In this document: in pieces, positions 1-7,088 of the stretch
Position numbering within the stretch: the first letter of the stretch is position 1
Layout: the number at the start of each line of letters is the position of its first letter
NCBI GenBank assembly: GCA_045660565.1
Contig: JAZRDX010000008.1
Span: 1 to 46,160 of the forward strand
DNA length: 46,160 bases
Reading direction: 5' to 3'
Origin: Eubacteriales bacterium
GTDB lineage: Bacteria; Bacillota; Clostridia; Oscillospirales; CAG-272
Notes under the pieces: model-generated
Told to the model about the DNA's origin: nothing
The model's input: the letters and a program-made list of their open reading frames with translations, nothing else
The model's database searches: none
Made by a program: the position numbers and the translations under genes

Positions 1-87
1 TGTTAAAATATTTAAGTGGCCTCCGCTTTCACGAGCCTGTTTTCGTGGGGGCGGGGCTAAATAAACCAACAGAAAGGAGCAGTTTAA

Positions 88-1086
88 ATGATAAAACGAG
101 CAATACTTATAAGCCTACTGTCGGGAGTATGCATGCTTTACTCCTGCTCGGAAGCGGTAGAAGGACTTCCTGATACTTCAGTAACCGAGGGAGAGAGGGT
201 AAACGCATATTATCTTACGGTTGACGGGGAGGGAGTTGCATACATAGAAAGCCCCGAGGCGCTTGAAAAATTTAAGGAGAAGCTTATCTCCGAAAAAACC
301 GAGGAGGTTAAAAAGCTTTATCCCGATGTAAAAAGCGTTACGCTTAATAATAAGCTTGAAATTACCGAAAAGGAGTGCTATGAAAGCGAGGTTAAAGAAG
401 GGGAAAAGATAAAGGAAATTTATCTTTCGGGAGGAAAATCCTTTTCTTTTTCGGTTACCGTAAGCGAAAGCCAGTCAAAAACGGTTGAGTTTAAAACGGT
501 ATATCAGAATTCCTCAGAGCATTACGAAGGAACAAGCGTGGTGAAAAACGAGGGGGTATACGGCGAACGCACTCTTGTTTACGACGTGGTTTACGTTGAC
601 GGCGCAGAAGCGACGAGAACCCTTGTTTCCGATACCGAGGTTAAGGCGGCGCAGAACAAGGTTATACTTGTCGGTACGAAAAAATCAACCGCATCCACAG
701 GAAAATACGCGTGGCCGCTGAAAAGCGTTTACATAACCTCGGATTACGGCGGACGTACCCTTTCGGGAAAGTATGACTTTCACTTGGGGCTTGATCTGCG
801 TGCCGCAAGCGGAACGTACGTGTACGCCGCGGACGGCGGAAAGGTTATTTTTGCCGGGTATAACGGAAGCTACGGATATCTGATAAAGATACAGCACGAT
901 AACGGTGATTTAACCTATTACGCGCATCTGAGCAAGATAGAGGTAAAAAACGGAAGCCGTGTTTATAAAGGGCAGTATATAGCCAAAAGCGGAGCTACGG
1001 GTAACGTTACGGGAGCGCACCTGCATTTTGAAATCAGGAAAAACGGCAGCACCGTCAACCCGAAAAGCTATCTGCCGAAGCTGTAA
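88..1086 (+). CDS. Secreted or lipoprotein peptidoglycan hydrolase with a G5 domain and a C-terminal M23 (LytM-type) metallopeptidase domain
   Basis: AGGAG RBS about 8 nt upstream of the ATG. N-terminal signal ends in LYSC. G5-like block GERTLVYDVVYVDGAEATRTLV...VILVGTKK. M23 signature HLGLDL...YAHLS...GATGNVTGAHLHFEI. Confidence 0.85.
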   Translation: MIKRAILISLLSGVCMLYSCSEAVEGLPDTSVTEGERVNAYYLTVDGEGVAYIESPEALEKFKEKLISEKTEEVKKLYPDVKSVTLNNKLEITEKECYESEVKEGEKIKEIYLSGGKSFSFSVTVSESQSKTVEFKTVYQNSSEHYEGTSVVKNEGVYGERTLVYDVVYVDGAEATRTLVSDTEVKAAQNKVILVGTKKSTASTGKYAWPLKSVYITSDYGGRTLSGKYDFHLGLDLRAASGTYVYAADGGKVIFAGYNGSYGYLIKIQHDNGDLTYYAHLSKIEVKNGSRVYKGQYIAKSGATGNVTGAHLHFEIRKNGSTVNPKSYLPKL

Positions 1087-1150
1087 AAAGCTGAACCAAA
1101 GGGATGCGGTTATGTCTTTCGCTGAAAAACGGAGCGGCTTGCCACGTATA

Positions 1151-1358
1151 GGTATTATTCCGACTTACCGTATTTAATTACCCTGAAAGCTTCTCCTTGC
1201 GGTATTATTTCGACTTACCGTGTTTAATGCCCTGAAAGCTTCTCTTTGCGGTATTATTCCGACTTACCGTATTTAATTACCCTGAAAGCTTCTCCTTGCG
1301 GTATTATTCCGAATTACCGTATTTGATGCCCTGAAAGCTTCCTCTGCGGTATAATTCC
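1151..1358. repeat. Tandem repeat array with a 48-50 bp period and about 4.2 copies
   Basis: Read directly. Copies lie at 1151-1200, 1201-1249, 1250-1299 and 1300-1347, with a partial fifth at 1348-1358. The unit is ggtattattccgacttaccgtatttaattaccctgaaagcttctccttgc. Copies differ by point changes and 1-2 bp indels. Copy 4 encodes the last ~15 codons and the stop of the minus-strand radical SAM gene. Confidence 0.9.
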
Positions 1359-2266
1359 TTGTCTATATCGTTTTGAACAGAGAGCTTTCTTAGGCTCCAT
1401 TCGGGGGCTATAAGGGTGTCGGGGGCGCCGTCTCCCGTTACGCGTTCTATAACTGTTGACCGGGGGAGGATTTCGAGCTGATCGCAAACGGTACGCACGT
1501 AATCCTCCTTTGACATTACGTCAAAGTCTCCGAGGAGATAGCTTTTTGCTATTTCTGTGCCCTCGGTAACGTAAAGAGAATGTATTTTTACCGCTTTTAC
1601 GTTAAGCGCGGAGAGCCGACGTGCGCTCTCAAGCATCATTTCGGGTGTTTCACCGGGTAGACCGTTTATGAGATGCACGCAGACGAACAGATCCTTTACA
1701 AGATCATAGGAGTTTAGAAAATCGGCATACCCGTACCCTCTGTTTAAACCTTTAGCGGTTTCGTCGTGTACGGTTTGAAGTCCAAGCTCAAGCATAAGGA
1801 ATTTATCTTTAGCTATTTCGTGCAAAAGAGCTGAAACTTCAGGAGTGATACAGTCGGGGCGCGTTGCTATGCAGATTCCGGTGCAATCGGGGTGAGAGAG
1901 TGCCTCGTCATATTTCTTTTTAAGTACGGAAACGGGCGCATAGGTGTTGGTAAAGCTTTGAAAATAAGGGATAAAAACGGCATCGTTCCACTTTTTTTTC
2001 ATCATTTCGATGCCAGCATTTATCTGCTCGGTTATACTGTGTTTATCACCGAGAGCGAACTCACCGCTGCCCTTTGCGCTGCAAAAAGAACAGCCCCCGT
2101 ACCCCTTTGTGCCGTCGCGGTTCGGGCAGGTAAAGCCTGCGTCAATCGGCACCTTGCACGCTTTTCTTCCTCCGAACGACATGCGGAGGAAGTAGTCCAT
2201 AGTGTGATACCTTTTATTGGTATCCGAAAAAGGAAACGGGTTTTCTGTGCGCTGTGTTTTTTTCAT
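1304..2266 (-). CDS. Radical SAM protein, TIGR01212 (YtqA/YhcC-like) family
   Basis: Motif FTCPNRDGTKGYGGCSFCS, a CxxxxxxxxxxCxxC-type cluster typical of TIGR01212. The track start at 2278 is a TTG sitting inside a GGAGAA RBS, so the start was moved to the ATG at 2266 (MKKTQ...). Confidence 0.8.
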   Translation of the reverse strand: MKKTQRTENPFPFSDTNKRYHTMDYFLRMSFGGRKACKVPIDAGFTCPNRDGTKGYGGCSFCSAKGSGEFALGDKHSITEQINAGIEMMKKKWNDAVFIPYFQSFTNTYAPVSVLKKKYDEALSHPDCTGICIATRPDCITPEVSALLHEIAKDKFLMLELGLQTVHDETAKGLNRGYGYADFLNSYDLVKDLFVCVHLINGLPGETPEMMLESARRLSALNVKAVKIHSLYVTEGTEIAKSYLLGDFDVMSKEDYVRTVCDQLEILPRSTVIERVTGDGAPDTLIAPEWSLRKLSVQNDIDKELYRRGSFQGIKYGNSE

Positions 2267-2315
2267 ACTGTTCTCCAAAGATATTTTAATGGTGGAATAC
2301 AGGGGATAATGCTAT

Positions 2316-2354
2316 AAAGCTGGTGTGTTGTCAAAAACACACCAGCTTTTTGTT
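2316..2354. terminator. Stem-loop terminator downstream of the 1053-aa membrane protein gene
   Basis: Perfect 12-bp stem agctggtgtgtt/aacacaccagct (2318-2329 and 2336-2347) with a 6-nt loop. There is an A-run before it and a T-run after it. The T tract is better on the + strand, so the strand assignment is ambiguous. Confidence 0.6.
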
Positions 2355-2411
2355 CTATGCGTGGACTAAATTTTTCTGTGTGAAAAAGGGAATGTAACCG
2401 TAAGCGTGTTT

Positions 2412-5400
2412 TTACGGGGTGGGAATGGGGAACGTGGGAGCGGTCCAGCCGGTTATTCCGAGGAGCTTTGTGATGCTGTCAAGCGTTTCGGTTATCTTTT
2501 CCATTTCCTCGGGTGTCTTGTCTGTGTTCTGGCTTATGTAATTGTCGCACGCATCCTTGATAGCCTGCTCGTCGGACTCGGTAAGGCTTCCCGAAATTCC
2601 GAACGGGTCAACCGTGTTCTTGTCCTTTGCTGTGGAAACTATCGTGTCGCAAACTGCGGAGCTTGACATGATGTTGTTAACCATATCGTCAGCCGTACAG
2701 CCGAGCGAGCCTTCTTCAACTGGGGTGCTGTCGCTACCCGTACCGTCGCCTTCTTCGCTGCCTTCACCGCTACCGTCGCCGCTGCCGCCCTCGTCCTTGT
2801 TTACTGTGGGGGTAAAGAGGTTTTTCTTCGGAGGCTCGGGCGTGCCTTCGCCACTTCCTTCACCGCTGCCTTCGCCGCTGCCTTCGCCGCTGCCGCTTCC
2901 GCCGTTATTTCCCATCAAAGCGTCCTTTGCGGCAATACCGAGGTTAATTATGTTTTCAACAGCCTTGGCTTCCTGCTCGTAGGTCTCGGGATCCTCAATC
3001 TTTCCGAGGTTGTCAATAAGGTCTCCCATAAGCTCGGTTGTCGTTTCCGCGTTTTCCTTAGGTATACCCATATCCTCCATACGTTCAACCGTTATAACCT
3101 CTTTGATGATTTCGGAGGTTTCGGGGGTAAGGTTGCCTATAAGTCCCTGAATGGATTCGGTGGTTACTTCGCTGTTCTGCATCGAGGTAATGACGTCAAC
3201 GGTGCTGGTTAAAACGTTCATAAGAGAACCGAAGGAAACCTTGTCTGCGTTTGCGCGGTGCTTACTGGTAAGCTTGATCGTTTCGGGTACGGTTATCTTA
3301 GTGGTGTCTCTTAACGTCTTTGACTGAAGTATAGCTGTGAAAAGCGTGAAGGTTTTGTCAGAGCCGTACATTTCGGTTTTTGAAAGACTGTCAAGCGCTC
3401 CGCCGAGACGCGAGGAGAAGTTTTTGACTATCTCTATTCCGTTTCCGCCGGGAGCCTTCAGAGCGTCCATTATAGAAACAACCTCTTTGACTATTGCTTC
3501 AAGAGCCGCGCTTTCCGCTTCGGGGTTGGTTATAACGCAGTTGGATGCAACAAGGAAATCCTTTATCGTTGCTCTGTTTATCGTTGCGGTCGCGCTTGAA
3601 CGCATACCTGCAAGCAGAGCGTCGGATGCTTTGAACGCTTCAAGCTTTTCGGGGGATGCGCCACTTATTAAGGCAAGGCTCTTATTTGCGGCATTTACCG
3701 CTCCCGTTGTGATATGAAGTGTGGTGCTTGAGTATTTCGGGAAGGTGTATTCCTTTTCCTCGGTGGTGCCGAGAGGAAGCACTGACGAGGTGCCGCCCGA
3801 GGTTTGTACGGTGCCGGAAAGCACTGCGTTGCTGTAAACGTCAAAGAATTCAGCGATAAATTCGGGGGTTATCTCGCCGTCGAAGGACCCGAAGTCCTCT
3901 ATAAGTGCGGGGGTGAGAATGTCAAGGTATTCCGGCTCAATGGTTACGCCGATGTTTTCAAATTCAGTTTTTAAAAGCGGCTTTAACGCATATATTCTCT
4001 TAGCTACGTCTGTTTCGCCATTCGTGCTGTTAATGTGGGTTACAATGTTACTGAGCGTTTCGGTGTAGATTTCTGTGGTGTTTTCGGCAATTCCGAGAGA
4101 GTTTGCAAGAGTTTTAAGACCGAGGTTGGTTATTTCGGGAACGAGAGTGCTCATTCTTGCGTTGGTATTTAACGTAAGGGTTATTTCAGAGATAACCCCG
4201 TCCTTCGCAATGCAGTCGAAAAGAGCGTTCGGGTTGGTTTCAAGCTGTGTCGATGCCGAGAAAATTCCGTTCTTTGCAAAGACTGCAATCAGGTTAGCTG
4301 TGGTTATTACGTCCTCATTAAAGGTTACCGTTGATTTAGTGCTTTCGTTAAAGGTTTCGATAAGCTTTGTTACAAGGGGATCCATGTCCGCTCCGAGGCT
4401 TGGCTTTGCCATACCTGCAAAGGCGTTGCCGTTTTTCCAGCTTTCGGTTGCGCTGTGAAGCAGCTCTGCGCCCGCAAGCGAGAGGACTCTTGAATCGGTG
4501 AACGATTTACCGAGCTTCTGTATTAAAACGGCTTCCGCTTCTCCGTATTCCGCAACGGGAGACGCGGTGAGGTCCATAAACGTAAAAACAAGGTCCGCGA
4601 TAGAGGAGATTTCCTTCGTCATACCGATTTTTAAGGTTTCGGTTTCAAGCTTTACCTCGTAATCCATAAGAGCGTGAGCCGCAAGGTCAAGACCGCATTT
4701 TCTGTATACCGAGACGAGAGCGGAGTTGTTTGCTTCATTTACGGTTTTAGTTAACTCCGTAACTGTTCCGCGCTGAGATTCGTTAAGCGACTCGGCGCTT
4801 TCAAGCTTCGGTGCGATCTCGGGTACTATTAAGGTGTAGCTGATAATTGTCAGAACGAGAGCGGCGGTAACGATAATTCCCTGGGCAAATCCAAGTAAAA
4901 GAGCAAAAATTCCGCTAAGGCAGCCGCTTCTTTCCTCTTCTCCGTCTGTCGCTTCCGTAACTGTTTCGGTTTTTTCGACACCTTCCTCAGCGCTTTTTTC
5001 GACACCCTCCTCGGCGCTTTTTTCGGTGCTTTCAGCGCTGGTTTTTTCTGCCGTTTTGGCTTCAGCCGAGGTGCTTTCTTTAGTTTCGTTGTTTTCTTCT
5101 GAGCTTTTTTCCGCGGCGTTTTCCTTCTCGGAGCCTTCCGCAGGAGCCTCCTCACAGATTTCCTTATTCTTAGCGGATTTATGCTTTTTGCATATTCCGA
5201 ATATAAGGGTGATTATAAAATAGAGAATATAGGTGAATAAAGAGCAGACCATAAATACCGCAAAGAAAATGATCGGCGCGACCATGCCGCCTACCGTTTT
5301 CAGTATAACCTCTTCGAGAAGAGGAGACGCGGCTGCAATATCGAGAATTTTCTGAAGTCCGTTTTGCGCGAGAGCCTCGTTGATTTTTGCCGTAACAGCT

Positions 5401-5573
5401 TCTCCTCCAAGCAGGTTTTTGAATATAACCACCGCTACGAACGCAAGGATTGCGGAAAGCGCTACTGTGATAAATCTGAAAAGCGCTTTTTTTCCGCCTC
5501 TCACAAAGCCAACGAAGGCACTTACAATAAGAAACGTGATTATTCCTACCGTAAGAATTGTTGCAAGAGCCAT
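2412..5573 (-). CDS. Large membrane protein: N-terminal CvpA-like multi-TM domain, acidic low-complexity linker, one further TM, and a ~800-aa domain of unknown function with G/S/E/D linkers
   Basis: The track start at 5594 reads through the GGAGG RBS, so the ATG at 5573 (MALATILTVGIITFLIVSAFVGFVRGGKK...) was chosen. The N-terminus resembles CvpA-family proteins. No other motif was recognised. Confidence 0.6.
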   Translation of the reverse strand: MALATILTVGIITFLIVSAFVGFVRGGKKALFRFITVALSAILAFVAVVIFKNLLGGEAVTAKINEALAQNGLQKILDIAAASPLLEEVILKTVGGMVAPIIFFAVFMVCSLFTYILYFIITLIFGICKKHKSAKNKEICEEAPAEGSEKENAAEKSSEENNETKESTSAEAKTAEKTSAESTEKSAEEGVEKSAEEGVEKTETVTEATDGEEERSGCLSGIFALLLGFAQGIIVTAALVLTIISYTLIVPEIAPKLESAESLNESQRGTVTELTKTVNEANNSALVSVYRKCGLDLAAHALMDYEVKLETETLKIGMTKEISSIADLVFTFMDLTASPVAEYGEAEAVLIQKLGKSFTDSRVLSLAGAELLHSATESWKNGNAFAGMAKPSLGADMDPLVTKLIETFNESTKSTVTFNEDVITTANLIAVFAKNGIFSASTQLETNPNALFDCIAKDGVISEITLTLNTNARMSTLVPEITNLGLKTLANSLGIAENTTEIYTETLSNIVTHINSTNGETDVAKRIYALKPLLKTEFENIGVTIEPEYLDILTPALIEDFGSFDGEITPEFIAEFFDVYSNAVLSGTVQTSGGTSSVLPLGTTEEKEYTFPKYSSTTLHITTGAVNAANKSLALISGASPEKLEAFKASDALLAGMRSSATATINRATIKDFLVASNCVITNPEAESAALEAIVKEVVSIMDALKAPGGNGIEIVKNFSSRLGGALDSLSKTEMYGSDKTFTLFTAILQSKTLRDTTKITVPETIKLTSKHRANADKVSFGSLMNVLTSTVDVITSMQNSEVTTESIQGLIGNLTPETSEIIKEVITVERMEDMGIPKENAETTTELMGDLIDNLGKIEDPETYEQEAKAVENIINLGIAAKDALMGNNGGSGSGEGSGEGSGEGSGEGTPEPPKKNLFTPTVNKDEGGSGDGSGEGSEEGDGTGSDSTPVEEGSLGCTADDMVNNIMSSSAVCDTIVSTAKDKNTVDPFGISGSLTESDEQAIKDACDNYISQNTDKTPEEMEKITETLDSITKLLGITGWTAPTFPIPTP
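2845..2904. repeat. In-frame 12-bp tandem repeat of about 5 units encoding (GSGE)n
   Basis: Units are ccttcgccactt, ccttcaccgctg, ccttcgccgctg, ccttcgccgctg and ccgcttccgccg. On the minus strand they encode GSGEGSGEGSGEGSGEG. Confidence 0.85.
4970..5041. repeat. In-frame 24-bp tandem repeat, 2 near-identical units plus 1 degenerate unit
   Basis: ttttttcgacaccttcctcagcgc, ttttttcgacaccctcctcggcgc and ttttttcggtgctttcagcgctgg. They encode KSAEEGVEKSAEEGVEK in the acidic linker of the 2412-5573 protein. Confidence 0.85.
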
Positions 5574-5639
5574 TTTGATTCCTCCAAAAGACAAGCTTTT
5601 TTGATTGTGATTTAATATGTATTTTATTTGATATTATAC

Positions 5640-5668
5640 ATTATATCACCAAGCAGGCTTTTTGTCAA
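5640..5668 (-). promoter_or_regulatory. SigA-type promoter for the CvpA-like gene
   Basis: The minus strand reads TTGACA-17 nt-TATAAT exactly. It lies about 70 nt upstream of the ATG at 5573. Confidence 0.65.
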
Positions 5669-5830
5669 TATATATTACTTTTTCTTATGGATAAGTTTAA
5701 AATATAAATAGGTTCAAAAACGAACAATGTGTTTTTTGCTTTGGCAAAGGAATGTTTCTTAAAATTTATTTATGAATGTACTGCTTTGATTTCTGTATAT
5801 TTCCTGTATACGGTGTGATTATTTTTGCCT

Positions 5831-5863
5831 AAAATAAAAACCCGCAAGGCATTTGCGGGTTTT
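5831..5863 (-). terminator. Rho-independent terminator of the oxidoreductase gene
   Basis: The minus strand reads cccgcaa-atgcc-ttgcggg followed by tttttatttt. It starts 16 nt after the stop codon. Confidence 0.75.
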
Positions 5864-5878
5864 ATACAAGTTTTTTAA

Positions 5879-6922
5879 TTACTCAAAATCAACGGGAGCT
5901 CCAAGCTCTGCCGACTTAAAGCAGGCCTCCATTACAGAAAGAACTCTTCTGATCTGCGCATGGGTTATGAGCTGCTGCTCGGTTCCGTCAATAGCCTTTA
6001 CAAGGTTACGGTAGAAATCGTGAACGTCGGAAACGGGACGGTCCGCCTCGTAGGTTTTAAGAGTTATCTCGTCTCTCGGAGCCATTGTTTTGGTTATACC
6101 TGCGGCGGTCTGTACAGGAACGACGTCGCTTTCGTGCCATGCAAGACACTTTGCAACCTCTGCGTTCTTTCTCCAGTCCTCGATTTTTGCACTTCCGTTT
6201 TTGCACTGCATATAGAATCTCGGCATCGCGATAAAGTTGAAGGTTCCAACCTCAACGAGAGCGCTCTTTCCGCTTTCGAAGTACAGGTTAAGACGGAATC
6301 CGTCGTCAACCTCGTCGGTGGTTATATTGGTTATATCGCAGGATATTTTCTTTATTTTTTCGGGAATAAGCTGAAGCATCTGGTCGATAAGATGTACACC
6401 CCAGTCGAGTATCATTCCGCCGCCGTACTGCTTGTGGCAACGCCAGTCGGAGGGAATACCGCGCGAGCCGTGTATTCTGGATTCGATACGGATAACCTCG
6501 CCTATATCGCCTTCCGCTATAATGTTTTTCATAGCGAGGAAGTCAACGTCCCAACGTCTGTTCTGATGAACGGTGAACAGCTTTCCGCTTTTCTTTGCCG
6601 CGTCCAGCATCTCGTCAAGCACGTCAACGCTCATGGCAACGGGCTTTTCGCAAACTACGTTCTTGCCCGCAAGAAGCGCTTTAACAACTATGTCTTTATG
6701 TACGTCGTTAGGTGTTGCAACAACAACTATGTCGCATTTCGGATCCGCAATAGCCTCGTCGAGAGATGAGTAGGCGTGTATGCCCTTCTGTCTTGCAAGC
6801 TCGCTTTTCTTTTCGTCTATATCGTATATTCCGAGCAGGGAAACGACGTCGCTGCTAAGCGCGTGATTTGCGTGCCAGCCGCCCTGACCTCCGAAGCCTA
6901 TAACGGTTACGTTCTTTTTCAT
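5879..6922 (-). CDS. Gfo/Idh/MocA family NAD(P)-dependent oxidoreductase
   Basis: Rossmann N-terminus VTVIGFGGQGGWH and the EKP motif (VVCEKPVAMS). The track start at 6937 is a TTG overlapping the GGAGG RBS, so the ATG at 6922 was used. Confidence 0.85.
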   Translation of the reverse strand: MKKNVTVIGFGGQGGWHANHALSSDVVSLLGIYDIDEKKSELARQKGIHAYSSLDEAIADPKCDIVVVATPNDVHKDIVVKALLAGKNVVCEKPVAMSVDVLDEMLDAAKKSGKLFTVHQNRRWDVDFLAMKNIIAEGDIGEVIRIESRIHGSRGIPSDWRCHKQYGGGMILDWGVHLIDQMLQLIPEKIKKISCDITNITTDEVDDGFRLNLYFESGKSALVEVGTFNFIAMPRFYMQCKNGSAKIEDWRKNAEVAKCLAWHESDVVPVQTAAGITKTMAPRDEITLKTYEADRPVSDVHDFYRNLVKAIDGTEQQLITHAQIRRVLSVMEACFKSAELGAPVDFE

Positions 6923-7031
6923 GTTTTTTGCCTCCAACTGTTAAACTGTGGTAAATTTTCAAGAATAAACTGTATTTTGCATCTGCAAAAGCAACGGTTT
7001 AATCTAAATGTATTTTAAATTTATTATATAT

Positions 7032-7060
7032 ATAATAGCACTCTTTTCGCCGTTTGTCAA
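7032..7060 (-). promoter_or_regulatory. Candidate SigA-type promoter for the oxidoreductase gene
   Basis: The minus strand reads TTGACA-17 nt-TATTAT, about 110 nt upstream of the start codon. Confidence 0.5.
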
Positions 7061-7088
7061 GCCATAAAGGGAAAAAAGTCAGACGTTT

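Noticed and set aside
1-87. A GC-rich imperfect hairpin (gcctccgctttcacga...tcgtgggggcggggc) at the left edge, considered as a terminator of an upstream gene.
   Set aside because: No U-run follows on either strand, and the upstream gene is outside the window, so it cannot be supported.
1151-1358. Whether the tandem array is a CRISPR array or a small-ORF array.
   Set aside because: The copies are directly adjacent with no spacers, and no cas genes are present. The possible 20-aa ORF at 1112-1174 reading into the array has only a weak AAAGGGA signal, and every copy carries stops in all continuing frames.
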